NCBI GenBank assembly: GCA_951406725.2
Contig: OX597837.1
Location: 10,602,001-10,666,000 of the forward strand
Direction of reading: 5' to 3'
Source: Octopus vulgaris
Taxonomy: Eukaryota
DNA length: 64,000 bases
Shown: positions 1-12,774 of the stretch, piece after piece
Numbering within the stretch: the first letter of the stretch is position 1
Layout: each line of letters opens with the position of its first letter
The notes under the pieces: generated by a model
Database searches by the model: none
Told to the model about the DNA's origin: nothing
What the model saw: only the letters and a program-made list of their open reading frames with translations
Position numbers and translations under genes: made by a program

Positions 1-59
1 TTTATTGCAAAATTAATATTTCTAAGATGGTATAAGACTACAGAAGAATATATTAGACT

Positions 60-410
60 TTACAAAACTTTAAAAAACTTTAAAAGACTTAAAAAAAAGT
101 ATCGTCCTTCATTTTCCATACATAAGTTGACTCTTCTACCCATGTTTTGAAATACATCTTGGAGAGTCTGATGCAGTATGGACCGTGTGAAGGTTATGAT
201 GGCGTCTTTTAGCTCATTAATGGTTTTCGGACGATTCTTGTACACTGATCCTTTACTTGCTCTCCAGAAAAAAAAACCAGTCTGGCGGTGTTAAATCGGG
301 TAATCTTGGTGGCCAAAGTCCCTTCGAAATAATCCATTCACCGAAAAACTCTTGAAGTAGCACCATGGTGATGCGCCAAGTATATGCTGTAGCTCCATCT
401 TGCTAAAAGT
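60..410 (-). pseudogene. Tc1/mariner-superfamily transposase remnant (C-terminal catalytic half, DD41D/rosa-like motifs)
   Basis: Minus strand reads F*QDGATAYT...IISKGLWPPRLPDLTPPD then VYKNRPKTINELKDAI...NMGRRVNLCMENEGRYF. It has an in-frame stop and a probable frameshift, and the 5' side is cut by a microsatellite. Confidence 0.85.
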
Positions 411-426
411 ATACACATATATATAT

Positions 427-533
<107 letters not shown>

Positions 534-1547
534 TATATAAATTCAAATACAGTAGTTCGTTTCCTTCTATTTTCCTGGTACAGTTCTCGAGCAACACTCT
601 TAGTCAGGCATTATTTACCCTCTTGTACTTGTTGGTATTGTCGTTATTGTACTGTAACAAGTCTTCATGCAGCAAATATCAGTAATGTAAATATCAGCTG
701 CTCTTGTCAAGACAAGGTCCCTTCCAATATCTCGCATCACATTCATAGACGTAGAGCCAGTTAAGCATTCACCGACATCTAATTTCTGATATCAGAAACC
801 CTTGAATTGCCCACGTTGAGAATGTTGAGAATAGTGGTGACATAATAGAGCAAGCATAACACTTACATATGGTATTGAGAGGAATTATTAGGGACTTGCC
901 ACAAATACGTTTAATGTAAGATACTACTGACATATATACTCGTTCAGGTCGAGTGACAGTGATAGTTATATATCTTTCTAACATTACGTTTTAAAATGTA
1001 TGCTTAACGGAATTGGAAGTGTCTCCGTAACTTGCAACATCGCAGAGTAATCCCATACACCAACGAGATTAGAAACTTCAAATTCTTATTCATTCAGAGA
1101 TTCCAGATGCTGAAACAGACACCAAGATTGCTAAACAGAAGATAAGAGATCTAATGCCACCGTCAGTGATTCTTTTCATTGATTTTTGCTAGTTTTTTTT
1201 TGTTTTTTTTTTCTTTTTCTTTTTTTCTTTTTTCTTTTTTGGTGGGGATACCGTTCGTTTTGTTTGTTTAGTTTAAATGCTGTTTAAACATGTTTGCGCT
1301 ATTCAGGCTTGCGTTAACTCCAAAACACGGAGCATATCTTTCTAATAATTACGAGGTGAATATCTTGAGATGCGTAAATGTCTGAAGTCAAAAGTTTCGT
1401 TGACCCCAGATGATGGAATTGATCCGCAAAGAAGCTTCTGCTTATAATAGTGGAACAAAACTCAAATTAACCCTTTTTTTTAATAAGATAATCCCGTTAG
1501 TAATTACTTTCTTCACAGAACTTCTTACAGATTTCGGCTTATTCCAA

Positions 1548-1707
1548 AATATTGGCATACGGCCGGTAATTTTGGTGGAGGAAGCAAGTCGATTACATCG
1601 ACCCCAGTACGCAACTGGTACTTCTTTTATCGATTTCAACGTCGTTTGAACTCAGAGAAAATGCCCCTTCTGCCAGCTCACCACGCTAATAACAATGACA
1701 GCAACAC

Positions 1708-1739
<32 letters not shown>

Positions 1740-1926
1740 TATAATATTATATAATATTATAATATATTATTATTATTATTATTATTATTATTACAAGCTT
1801 TGACACAAGACCTATTTCGGAGGAGAGGGCTAGTCGACTATATCGGCCCCAGTACTCAACTGGTCTCAAAGTCATCGACTAGTCCTCTCCCCACAAATTT
1901 CAGGTTTTGTGGCTATAAGAGATAGG

Positions 1927-1930
<4 letters not shown>
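1548..1930. mobile_element. Three degenerate fragments of SINE family B (two minus, one plus) among (ATT)n
   Basis: Matches to the SINE B body (tcgaccccagtac..caactggtac) and to the (ATT)n-type tail; 1795-1930 forms an imperfect inverted pair. Confidence 0.6.
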
Positions 1931-1985
<55 letters not shown>

Positions 1986-1990
1986 CATTA

Positions 1991-2197
1991 TTGATTTGAC
2001 TCAGGTTCGGTCTTATTCCTGATAGAATTTATATAGGTTGCGACTTACTACCTGGAACTTTAGGTAACCACAGGCTTTCAACAGTCTTTCAAGTTTTCTT
2101 AGAACCCTCCTGATAATCTTCCCTGCCTCTAAGAGGCAAACTTTCTGTACAAGCTCTACAGGACATTGTATTCCACTTTCCTTCAACCATTTGTCTA
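1991..2197 (-). mobile_element. 5'-truncated R4/Dong-like non-LTR retrotransposon 3' end inserted in (TAA)n
   Basis: Minus strand DKWLKESGIQCPVELVQKVCLLEAGKIIRRVL resembles the C-terminus of RLE-type R4/Dong ORFs; flanked on both sides by (TAA)n. Confidence 0.7.
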
Positions 2198-2305
2198 TTA
2201 CTACTACTACTATTGTTATTATTATTATTACTACAATTGTTATTATTATTATTATTACTATTGTTATTATTATTACTATTGTTATTATTATTATTACTAT
2301 TGTTA

Positions 2306-2348
<43 letters not shown>

Positions 2349-2625
2349 TGTTATCGTTATTATTATTATTATTATTACTATTATTATTATAGGAAGAACA
2401 AACAGAAGAAACCAGTGAAAGAAATAAAATGAGAACGCATCAACAACGCAGTTGCAGGTTTGTAAGATCCTATCGTATTTCAACAAAATTTCTAACACAA
2501 AATCATATATATATATATGTATATATTGATAGAAATGGTAAAACAACAAAAGAAAGAAAAAGACCTCGATATTATCTAAATAAAGGAATTTATCTGTAAA
2601 TGAAATATGTGACAATTATTCGATG

Positions 2626-3665
<1,040 letters not shown>

Positions 3666-3780
3666 AAATCTGTAATAGGAATATATGATATTGGGGAAAA
3701 TCCGAGATGTTTCCTCTTGAAACTCATCTGCTCGTTCCATTATTGCAATGAATATGTATCCGTAGTTAATTTATGATAAA

Positions 3781-3874
3781 TTGTCTGAGGAGTCTCTAAT
3801 AGGAAACTCTTTACATGCCTAACTAACATGTAAATGCCTGTAATGCCTATTAGTAAAAGAAACACGTGTAATGG
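3781..3874 (+). ncRNA. Type-I hammerhead-like motif, long stem II, decayed stems
   Basis: CTGAGGA (3785-3791) ... ctaatagg/cctattag and tttacatg/catgtaaa stems ... GAAA-CACGTG-TA; stem I is weak. Confidence 0.55.
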
Positions 3875-3914
3875 AGAATAAACAACATCGCCTGATTTCC
3901 ATTTCCTTATTATT

Positions 3915-3951
<37 letters not shown>

Positions 3952-4445
3952 TGTATGTATGTATGTATGTATGTATGTATGTTACGTATGTTAATTTATA
4001 ATTAAGCGTGCATTTAAATGTTTTTGTTTTCATATTGTGCTCTTTTGGTACAAAGGAAAACTTTTCGTTACTTATAGAAAACAAAATGTCGCATAATTAT
4101 CATACTTACTGTTTATTGGTGTTGTTCCTGTTGTGGTCGTTGAAGTTGTTGTTGTACTGTTGAATGCTCCGTCTTGTATTTTGGTGCAGTGTATCGTTTA
4201 TTCGCTTGTTTTGGCTGATTATAATTATCAACAGTCCGATCGCATCGATGGTATGGTTCCATTTTGCCAGAAAACAAATTTCGTTCATCAAAAGGGTATT
4301 TTCCTACATATAGAATTTTTTTTTAGAAATAAAAAGGAGAATATATTAAACTTGTACGTAAGTATGTGTATATATAAGTATACATACATATGCAAGCACA
4401 CACACACATGCATGTAAGTATATACACACACACACACACACACTC

Positions 4446-4606
4446 GACGGGCTTCTTTCAGTTTCAGTTTCAGTCTACCAAATCCAAGGCTCACAGTGAT
4501 CTGGTAATCCTGCAAGTACTGTAGAAGATAGTTGCCCAAGGTACCACGTAGTGGAACTGAACCCGGAACCTTGTGGTTGGGAAGCAAGCTTCTCACCTCA
4601 CAGCCC
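4446..4606 (-). mobile_element. SINE family A, old 5' half
   Basis: tRNA-like head plus the ccttgggcaa CORE-like segment. Confidence 0.8.
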
Positions 4607-4641
4607 CCACTCCCCAACCCATACATACATATATATGACAA

Positions 4642-4868
4642 AACAGGAAATTGAAAATTTGTTGGTATTATTTATTTCCCATTACACATGTTTCGTTTCC
4701 TGATAGGAATTGCAAAAATTTTTTTAAATTTCTCTGTCCGAAGAATTTCTAATAGGATATTTCCTTAAATGTCTATCTAACAAGTAAAACTTTGTAATTC
4801 ATATAAGTAAATGAAACATGTGTAATGGAAAATAGATAATACCAGAAAATTTTTAATTTCCTGTTATT
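4642..4868 (+). mobile_element. Penelope-like pLTR unit with degenerate hammerhead and about 75-bp inverted partial copy
   Basis: CCGAAGA (4738-4744)...GAAA-CATGTG-TA-atgg; same family as 3781; about 4642-4716 is the reverse complement of about 4791-4866. Confidence 0.6.
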
Positions 4869-4977
4869 TTTTTATACAATAAGACAGCAAATAATATTTT
4901 CCATAATTCTTAATTTAAATATTTTGGGGAACTAACAAACAGCAACAACTGGGATTATATGTTGGATTGTTATAATG

Positions 4978-5018
<41 letters not shown>

Positions 5019-5178
5019 GCGTAGGTGTGGCTGTGTGGTAAATAGCTTGTTTACCAACTACATGGTTCCGGGTTCAGTCCCACTGCGTGGCACCTTGGGC
5101 AAGTGTCTTCTACTATAGCCTCGGGCCGACCAAAGCCTTGTGAGTGGATTTGGTAGACGGAAACTGAAAGAAGCCTGT

Positions 5179-5229
<51 letters not shown>

Positions 5230-5437
5230 GTGTGTGTATATGTTTGTGTGTCTGTGTTTGTCCCCCTAGCATTGCTTGACAACCGATGGTGGTGTGTTTA
5301 TGTCCACGTCACTTAGCAGTTCGGCAAAAGAGACCGATAGAATAAGTACTGGGCTTACAAAGAATTTTGCTCGACTAAAGGCGGTGCTCCAGCATGGCCG
5401 CAGTCAAATGACTGAAACAAGTAAAAGAGTAAAAGAG
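5019..5437 (+). mobile_element. SINE family A (tRNA head, CORE-like body, internal microsatellite, LINE-derived tail), full length
   Basis: A-box tggctgtgtgg, B-box ggttcagtccc, tail ggtgctccagcatggccgcagtcaaatgactgaaac+(GTAAAAGA)n. Confidence 0.93.
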
Positions 5438-5475
<38 letters not shown>

Positions 5476-6064
5476 TGCACATACATACATATATATACAT
5501 ACATACATACATACATACATACATACATACATACATTATAATGCACATGTACGCATAATAATTTGTCGATTTGATTTCAATTTATGAACCGTGGTTCTTC
5601 GACAACTACATTATTCCAAAAGTCGTGTCAATCAATTTCTTTTTTTCCTCTGACTTCTAAATGAGTGAGTGCCGTTAGCATAAATGGTGAAAATTCTAAG
5701 AATAAAGCCAAAAAGGAATGCCAGACCGGAGAATTCAAAGAAAAAAAATTAGCCGTTATTAAGAAGCTTGTATGAAAGTGGTGCTACAAAGAAGCTAGAC
5801 TAGGCTGGAACCCGGTTATCGTCCAATCAATATTGAGTTTAACATTATTCATGACACGAAGCCTTCTAAAAGGACAAATAAGTGTTGCTCAGTGATTGAG
5901 TTTCGATATAACGAGAAACATAAGTATTGCTTGCGATTGAAGCAGAAACGTCTTCTGTCCGCTTCGATCGATCGCTGCAATCAAAAAAGACTGTTGTTAG
6001 TTTCAGTCAAATGAACGCCACGAATGAGGCTGTCCTGTTTTGTTTGGTTTGTAGTAGCCCAATG

Positions 6065-6204
6065 GAGAGTAAGAAGGAAGGAAGGGAAGAAAGAAAGAAA
6101 GAAAGAAGATAAGAGAGACAGACAGACAGACAGACACAGGCTGACAGACGCAGACACAGACAAACAGAGTAAGAGAGAGAAAGAGAGCGTCAGATATATA
6201 TATT

Positions 6205-6241
<37 letters not shown>

Positions 6242-6773
6242 TCATATATATATATATACAGACGGACGGATAAACAAACAGACAGACAGATAGAGAGACA
6301 GGCAGAAAGACCGATAGATAGAGATGGACAGACAGACAGAGAGAGAAAGAGGAACAGATAGATAAGAAAGAAAGAGGGCGAGAGGGAGGGAGAGAGAGGG
6401 AAAGAGAGACAGAAAGAGAGAAAGAGACAAGAGAGAGAGAGAGAAAAAGAGAGGGGGAGAGACAGACAGACAGACAGGTAGACAAAGGGAGACTGAAAGA
6501 CGAAAGAGAGAGAGAGAAAGATGGATACAGAGAGACAAACAGAGAAACAGACATGCAGAGACAGAGAAAAAGAGGAGCAGTGAGAAAAGAGAGAGAGGGG
6601 AAGAGAGGGAGATAGAGGGGGAGAAAGAGTGAGAAATACAGCGAGACAAACAGAGACAGAGAGAGACAGGCAAATAATCGAGAGAGAGAGAGAGACGGGG
6701 GAGAGCGAGAGAGAAAGAGACAGACAGACTGAGACAGATAAAGAGGGACAAATGGAGAGAGTGAAAAAGAAAG

Positions 6774-6820
<47 letters not shown>

Positions 6821-7140
6821 GACAGACAGACAGACAGAGAGGCAGAGAGAGACAGAGGGACAGAGAGACAGAGTAAGAAAGTAAGAAGGAGAGAGAGAGA
6901 CAGACAGAGGCAGAGAGAGAAAGAGGGACAGAGGGATAGACAGAGAGAGAGAGACAGACAGAGGAAGAGAGAGACAGACAGAGGAAGAGAGAGACAGACA
7001 GAGGAAGAGAGAGACAGACAGAGGAAGAGAGAGACAGACAGAGGAAGAGAGAGACAGACAGAGGAAGAGAGAGACAGACAGAGGAAGAGAGAGACAGACA
7101 GAGGAAGAGAGAGACAGACAGAGGAAGAGAGAGACAGAAA
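6065..7140. repeat. Purine-rich (GA)n/(GACA)n tract with a 20-bp minisatellite at about 6951-7137
   Basis: gagacagacagaggaagaga repeated about 9 times, nearly perfectly. Confidence 0.95.
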
Positions 7141-7649
7141 GAGCAACGCAAGTCAGAACGCAGAGGCTGAAACCACGTTGAGCTTTTACAGTCATACACA
7201 AAAGGAGGAAAGAAAAACCGCACGAAACATCTTCGTACTTTTACAATATTTAAACAAAACAATATGAAATTTAGATTTCCATTGACATCTGCTGATGCAA
7301 GAAAGATAGACTCATAAAGCGTAAAATTGCCAAAAATCCATTAATTTTTCTTCATTATTTATATTGATTTTCAAACGCATTTTTGTTTTGTATTTTGAAT
7401 TTTTTTTTTACCTACGATTTTTTTTTTTACTTTTTTAGCTTTTAACTTTTGCTTCTTTCGGTCACTGAGCTGCGGCGGCGGCGGCGTCTTGGAGGATTTA
7501 ATCGAACAAATGCCCCCCAGTATTTTGTGTTCATTTAAAGTCTGGTACTTATTCTGTCGGTTTCCTTTGTCGTAACGCTAATTTACGAGGACGTAAACAA
7601 GCCAACACCGGTTCTCAAGTTGTGGTGGTAACAAATACGCACACACACA

Positions 7650-7786
<137 letters not shown>

Positions 7787-7809
7787 CATACATACATATA
7801 TAGATATAT

Positions 7810-8320
7810 ATAATCAAAATAAGCAACAGGATAACAAGTAGTGATGCAGTACAACCGTTTCAAGCGGCTCCATTAAATTGAACAATGCAATCATTACATC
7901 AATTAAAACGCAGGGCCATCTTCAGCTGCACAAATAAATAAATGGAATTTTAACAAGTAGGACATAGTATAATTTTTCTCAAATATTTTAACAGAGCAAG
8001 ATGATGGAAGAAATTCATATTGTCGCTTGTTGTAGCTAAGAATAGACTACAACTTCTAAGAATTGCATAGAGCATAGTGGAGTCATAGGGTTGTAAGGGA
8101 TATCTGATATATTCCCTTATAAAAGTGATTGAAGGCAGTTCTTACATTAATGTGTTTGCTGCTCTAGGCAAAATTAGACCCTAGAATTTTAAGGTTAGTA
8201 GCTTGAAAGAATTGTAGTGGTTCTTATATGCCAATTTGAATGTGACTCTGTGGTTGGCATAACGGCTCTGAAGACCCTCGCACATTCATATGCAAAATTT
8301 TTGTGTATTCTAAACCAATT
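7810..8320 (-). mobile_element. Degenerate Penelope-like element 3' end: GIY-YIG endonuclease remnant followed by hammerhead-bearing pLTR
   Basis: Minus-strand peptides TFKLAYKNHYNSFKL (about 8199-8243) and PYNPMTPLCSMQFLE (about 8055-8099) lie upstream of the hammerhead at 7845-7930. Confidence 0.6.
7845..7930 (-). ncRNA. Type-I hammerhead motif
   Basis: tgcag-CTGAAGA-[stem II]-GAAA-CGGTTG-TA-ctgca; perfect 5-bp stem I; base of stem II imperfect. Confidence 0.7.
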
Positions 8321-8719
8321 AAGGCGGCGAGTTGGCAGAAACGTTAGCACGCCGGGTGAAATGCGTAGCCGTATTTCGTCTGCCGGTATGTTCTGAGTTC
8401 AAATTCCGCCGAGGTCGACTTTGCCTTTCATCCTTTCGGGGTTACGTACTGGGATCGATATAATCGACTTAATCCGTTTGTCTGTCCTTGTTTGTCCCCT
8501 CTGTGTTAAGCCCCTTGTGGGTAGTAAAGAAATAGGTATTTCGCCTGCCGTTACGTTCTAACTTCAAATTCCGCCGAGGTCGATTTCGCCTTTCATCCTT
8601 TCGAGGTCGATTAAATAAGTACCAGTTACGCACTGGGGTCGATATAATCGACTTAATCCGTTTGTCTGTCTTTGTTTGTCCTCTCTGTGTTTAGCCCCTT
8701 GTGGGTAGTAAAAGAAATA
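8321..8719 (+). mobile_element. SINE family B, internally dimeric, with 17-bp TSD
   Basis: Head aaggcggcgag..; body+tail unit present twice; TSD tgtattctaaaccaatt at 8304-8320 and 8720-8736. Confidence 0.93.
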
Positions 8720-9174
8720 TGTATTCTAAACCAATTTTTAACTATTTTTTCCTCAAACAGGGCTTGAAGCTACTGTAACGTAAGGGACTACGAAAAGGAA
8801 AAGAAAGGGGCCAACTAAGCGAAAAGATATCGATTGGCACGGGAAGCATAAAAGACTGAATTGAATGTTATAGACCAGAGGGAAAAAGGATGATGGGTTT
8901 CAAAAACTATATCAGCTCTTTAAAAGAAAAGAGCGTCATGGAGTAATTTCGCGTTTGCAGTGTTCTTTTCTTCAGAAGTCATTTCTAAGCTGTTAGTGGC
9001 TAATAACTGATAGCGGTGTTCTTGGTCTGCGATTAAGAGATTTTACATATAACCACTTAGGAACATAATTGCTAAGCTGCATAACGTGATTTCTGAATCT
9101 GGCTAATTACAACGAGACTTATGTGTGCGCGCGTGTATGTTTGTGTGTGTGTTGTGTGTGTGTGCGCGCGTGTG

Positions 9175-9310
9175 TGATTAATGAGACAGACGGAAGATGG
9201 AAGATACGAGAATTTTTATTGATGACTACAATTGTTTCGACCCAACGAATACTGAACCAGTGGACGTGCTTTACTGGCAAACTACCAGGTCTATACAATG
9301 AGATTTATTA
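9175..9310 (-). mobile_element. Decayed Penelope-like pLTR, 3' half of hammerhead plus tail (family of 31235)
   Basis: GAAA-CAATTG-TA followed by the ttccatcttc tail; no recognisable CTGA box. Confidence 0.55.
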
Positions 9311-9316
9311 ACTAAT

Positions 9317-9389
<73 letters not shown>

Positions 9390-9390
<1 letters not shown>

Positions 9391-9553
9391 GGCGCAGGAG
9401 TGGCTGTGTGGTAAGTAGCTTGCTAACCAACCACATGGTTCCGGGTTCAGTCCCACTGCGTGGCATCTTGGGCACGTGCCTTCTATTATAGCCCCGGGCC
9501 GACCAATGCCTTGTGAGTGGATTTGGTAGACGGAAACTGAAAGAAGCCTGTCG

Positions 9554-9584
<31 letters not shown>

Positions 9585-9745
9585 TTGTGTGTCTGTGTTT
9601 GTCCCCCTAGCATTGCTTGACAACCGATAGGATAAGTACTGGGCTTACAAAGACTAAGTCCCGGGGTCAATTTGCTCGACTAAAGGCGGTGCTCCAGCAT
9701 GGCCGCAGTCAAATGACTGAAACAAGTAAAAGAGAAAAGAGAAAG
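9390..9745 (+). mobile_element. SINE family A with internal deletion
   Basis: Near-identical to the other A copies. Confidence 0.93.
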
Positions 9746-9746
9746 A

Positions 9747-9782
<36 letters not shown>

Positions 9783-9797
9783 TATGTATATAATTTA

Positions 9798-10130
9798 GAG
9801 AAAACTTCTATTAAACAATTCAATAAAGGAAGATGTTATTCACACCATATAGAAAAACATATACTATAAAAAAAAAACTTATTCTAAAAATCAACAAAGT
9901 ACAATAAATAGTAAATAGGTTATATTTTTATTTTAAGAAATATTGTTAAATGTTTTTCGATTATTTATAGTCAATACACGTATTTTTTATATATTTATTT
10001 GATAATTAGTATAAGTTAAGATAAGTACATTTATTCTATTATTATTTTTTATTATTTATTATCTTAGACCTGATGAGTGACAATATTTTTAAATAGAATT
10101 AATTTTAGTTCGATTTAATTTTAAATTGGA

Positions 10131-10196
<66 letters not shown>

Positions 10197-10341
10197 CTAT
10201 TTGAAAATATAGCCATGAAACGTGGTGCGTAGTCTTTTTACTACTATTTACCATTTATTGTACTTTATTGATTTTTATAGCATATGTTTTTCTATATGGT
10301 ATGAATAACATCTTTCTTTATTGAATTGTTTCATAGAGGTT
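9798..10341 (+). mobile_element. Penelope-like pLTR unit with about 100-bp inverted tail copy
   Basis: About 9798-9918 is the reverse complement of about 10244-10341, enclosing the hammerhead at 10066-10235. Confidence 0.7.
10066..10235 (+). ncRNA. Type-I hammerhead with 21-bp stem II and (ATT)n in loop II
   Basis: agac-CTGATGA-gtgacaatatttttaaataga...tctatttgaaaatatagccat-GAAA-cg-tggtg-cg-TA-gtct; cleavage triplet GUA. Confidence 0.8.
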
Positions 10342-10476
10342 ATACATATATTATATATTGTGAACTTTGATTTAAAATTGTTAAGTTTTGGAATTATATT
10401 CCTAACTATTATTATTATCTAGTATATATATATATATTTATACATATGTACACACACACACTCCTATATATATATT

Positions 10477-10510
<34 letters not shown>

Positions 10511-10544
10511 AAATATATTGGATCCATGCGTACACAGACATATA

Positions 10545-10955
10545 TACTCTTTTACTCTTTTACTCTTTTACTTGTTTCAGTCATTTGACTGCGGCCATGC
10601 TGGAGCACCGCCTTTAATCGAGTAACTCCGGGACTTATTCTTTTGTAAGCCCAGTACCTATTCTATCGGTCTCTTTTGCCGAACCGCTAAGTGGCGGGGA
10701 CGTAAACACACCAGCATCGGTTGTCAAGCAATGCTAGGGGGACGAACACAGACACACAAACATACACACACACACACTTATGTATATATACATATATACG
10801 ACAGGCTTCTTTCAGTTTCTGTCTACCAAATCCACTCACAAGGCATTGGTCGGCCCGGGGCTATAGCAGAAGACACTTGGCCAAGATGCCACGCAGTGGG
10901 ACTGAACCCGGAACCATGTGGTTGGTTAGCAAGCTACTTACCACACAGCCACTCC
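10545..10955 (-). mobile_element. SINE family A, full length
   Basis: Reverse complement of the A consensus. Confidence 0.93.
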
Positions 10956-12000
10956 ATGTATCAACAAATGTATACACACACACACACACACATACACACA
11001 CACACACATACACACACACACACATACACACATATATATATAAAGCAATGTCGCTTAAGGCAGGTAGTCGTTCATATTTATTAGCAGACACACAAACCCA
11101 ATGCGAAGTCAGGTAACAACCATAGCTGAAGGAGTGGAGGGCGGGGTTGGAGTCAGAGATTCCTCACTTCATAGTCTTGCGGATGTAACCAAAATGAAGA
11201 AATATTCAAAACTCGGCTCCACGTGAGTCGCTGCATGGAGATTTTTGTCCCAGATCCAGAGACGTCTGATGTGTTATATATATATATGGCTTTGGAATCA
11301 CGTATACGGAACAGGTGATACAGAGATATATATAGAGAGTGTGTGGAGGAAAGAGGGGAAGTGTGAGACAGAAAGGAAGGGGGGAGAGAGGGTGGAAGAA
11401 GGGAGATGCAGTAATGTATAAATCCATATGTAGGATTTTGTGTGTGTGTGTGTGTGTGTCTGTGTGTGTGTGTGCGTGCATGCATGTATGTATGAATACG
11501 TTTATAAGATAGAAGTAAATGTAATAAATATATTAAAACGAACACCTCCAATCTTGAAATTTATACACACACCCACATATATATATAATATAATATATAT
11601 ATATATGCATATATACATACGTTTATGTACATATATGCATGTGTGGGCACAGGACATCATGAATCGTGTACAACAAAAAATACGACGTACGAGTACATGG
11701 AATTTCAACAGCTAAAAGGCAGAGAACAATTCTCTCTTCGGGTAAAAATGTGTGAAAACCTCATATCGGACCAGTGTGGCCTCCTGTCAGGATTCCCAGA
11801 CATAGATGTTTCTAGCACTTGTTATCAATGGGAAATATCTAAGAGAGGCAACTCTGGACAGTAATCGACCTCAGGATTTATTCTTTGTAAGCCAAGTACT
11901 TTTTCTATCAGTGTCTAGTGTCGAACTGCAAAGTTACGGGGACGTAAACACACCAACAACCATGTACCATGCTGCTATACATATTTTATATATATATATA

Positions 12001-12140
12001 AAGTTGGAATTCACAAAAATACAAAAGATGAAGACAGGTGTGTAAACAACAAGCAGGTGTATTAGTTTAACGCCAGGAAGGTGAGAAAGTCTTTTACGTT
12101 TCGATCCTACGCTCTTCAACAGAAAGGAACACGATACACA
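12001..12140 (-). mobile_element. Penelope-like pLTR family P1 with minimal hammerhead motif (12091-12126)
   Basis: cttt-CTGTTGA-A-gagc-gtag-gatc-GAAA-cg-TA-aaag; tail abuts (TA)n. Confidence 0.65.
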
Positions 12141-12177
12141 TAGATAGATAGAAAGATAGATAGAAAGATAGAAAGAT

Positions 12178-12222
<45 letters not shown>

Positions 12223-12248
12223 CATACATACATACATACATACATACA

Positions 12249-12280
<32 letters not shown>

Positions 12281-12403
12281 ATTATACATTTGCATATACT
12301 GTGCAGCACATTGCCAATGGAATGCTAAAAATAGAATAGGATATGGTTATAAAACAATGTGTAACTATGTAGGTGATCCAGCGGCAGTACTCTCGAAACC
12401 AAT

Positions 12404-12518
12404 CACCTGAAGAAGTGTAGGTACATAGCTATTGTTTGATCAATGCAAGAACATGCATAATACATGAAACACTCAGTAGTGTACCGGCTGAAGTCAGTAC
12501 ACAGAAACAATTGTAGTG
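12404..12518 (+). ncRNA. Type-I hammerhead motif, long stem II, palindromic CAATTG helix III
   Basis: cac-CTGAAGA-a-gtgta...tacac-a-GAAA-CAATTG-TA-gtg. Confidence 0.65.
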
Positions 12519-12584
12519 CATTCGATAAATGCCTGTTGTAGCAATCCTCTTGTATTATAGTTAATAGACCCATCTACCAAGCAT

Positions 12585-12765
12585 TCGCCATGATAGATCG
12601 CTAGCCAATATTTTCTCTCCCTGTTTATTTCTGTGTTCTTTTCTGTTGAAGAGCGTAGGCTCGAAACGTAAAAGACTTTCTCACTTCCCAAGCGTTAAAC
12701 TAATACATCTGTTTGTTGTTTATACACCCGTTTTCGTCTTTTGTTTCTTTGTAAATTCTCACTAT
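12585..12765 (+). mobile_element. Penelope-like pLTR family P1 with minimal hammerhead motif (12639-12674)
   Basis: CTGTTGA-A-gagc-gtag-gctc-GAAA-cg-TA-aaag; inverted relative to 12001-12140. Confidence 0.7.
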
Positions 12766-12774
12766 TCCGGTCAT

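Noticed and set aside
545-1130. Possible decayed LINE endonuclease or continuation of the transposase
   Set aside because: No motif could be read convincingly by eye.
5051-5587. Recurrent peptides such as [15 protein letters not shown] and [14 protein letters not shown]
   Set aside because: They are translations of SINE A, not a gene family.
6951-7137. Regular 20-bp repeat as a possible CRISPR-like array
   Set aside because: No spacers; it is a GA/GACA-derived minisatellite in eukaryotic DNA.
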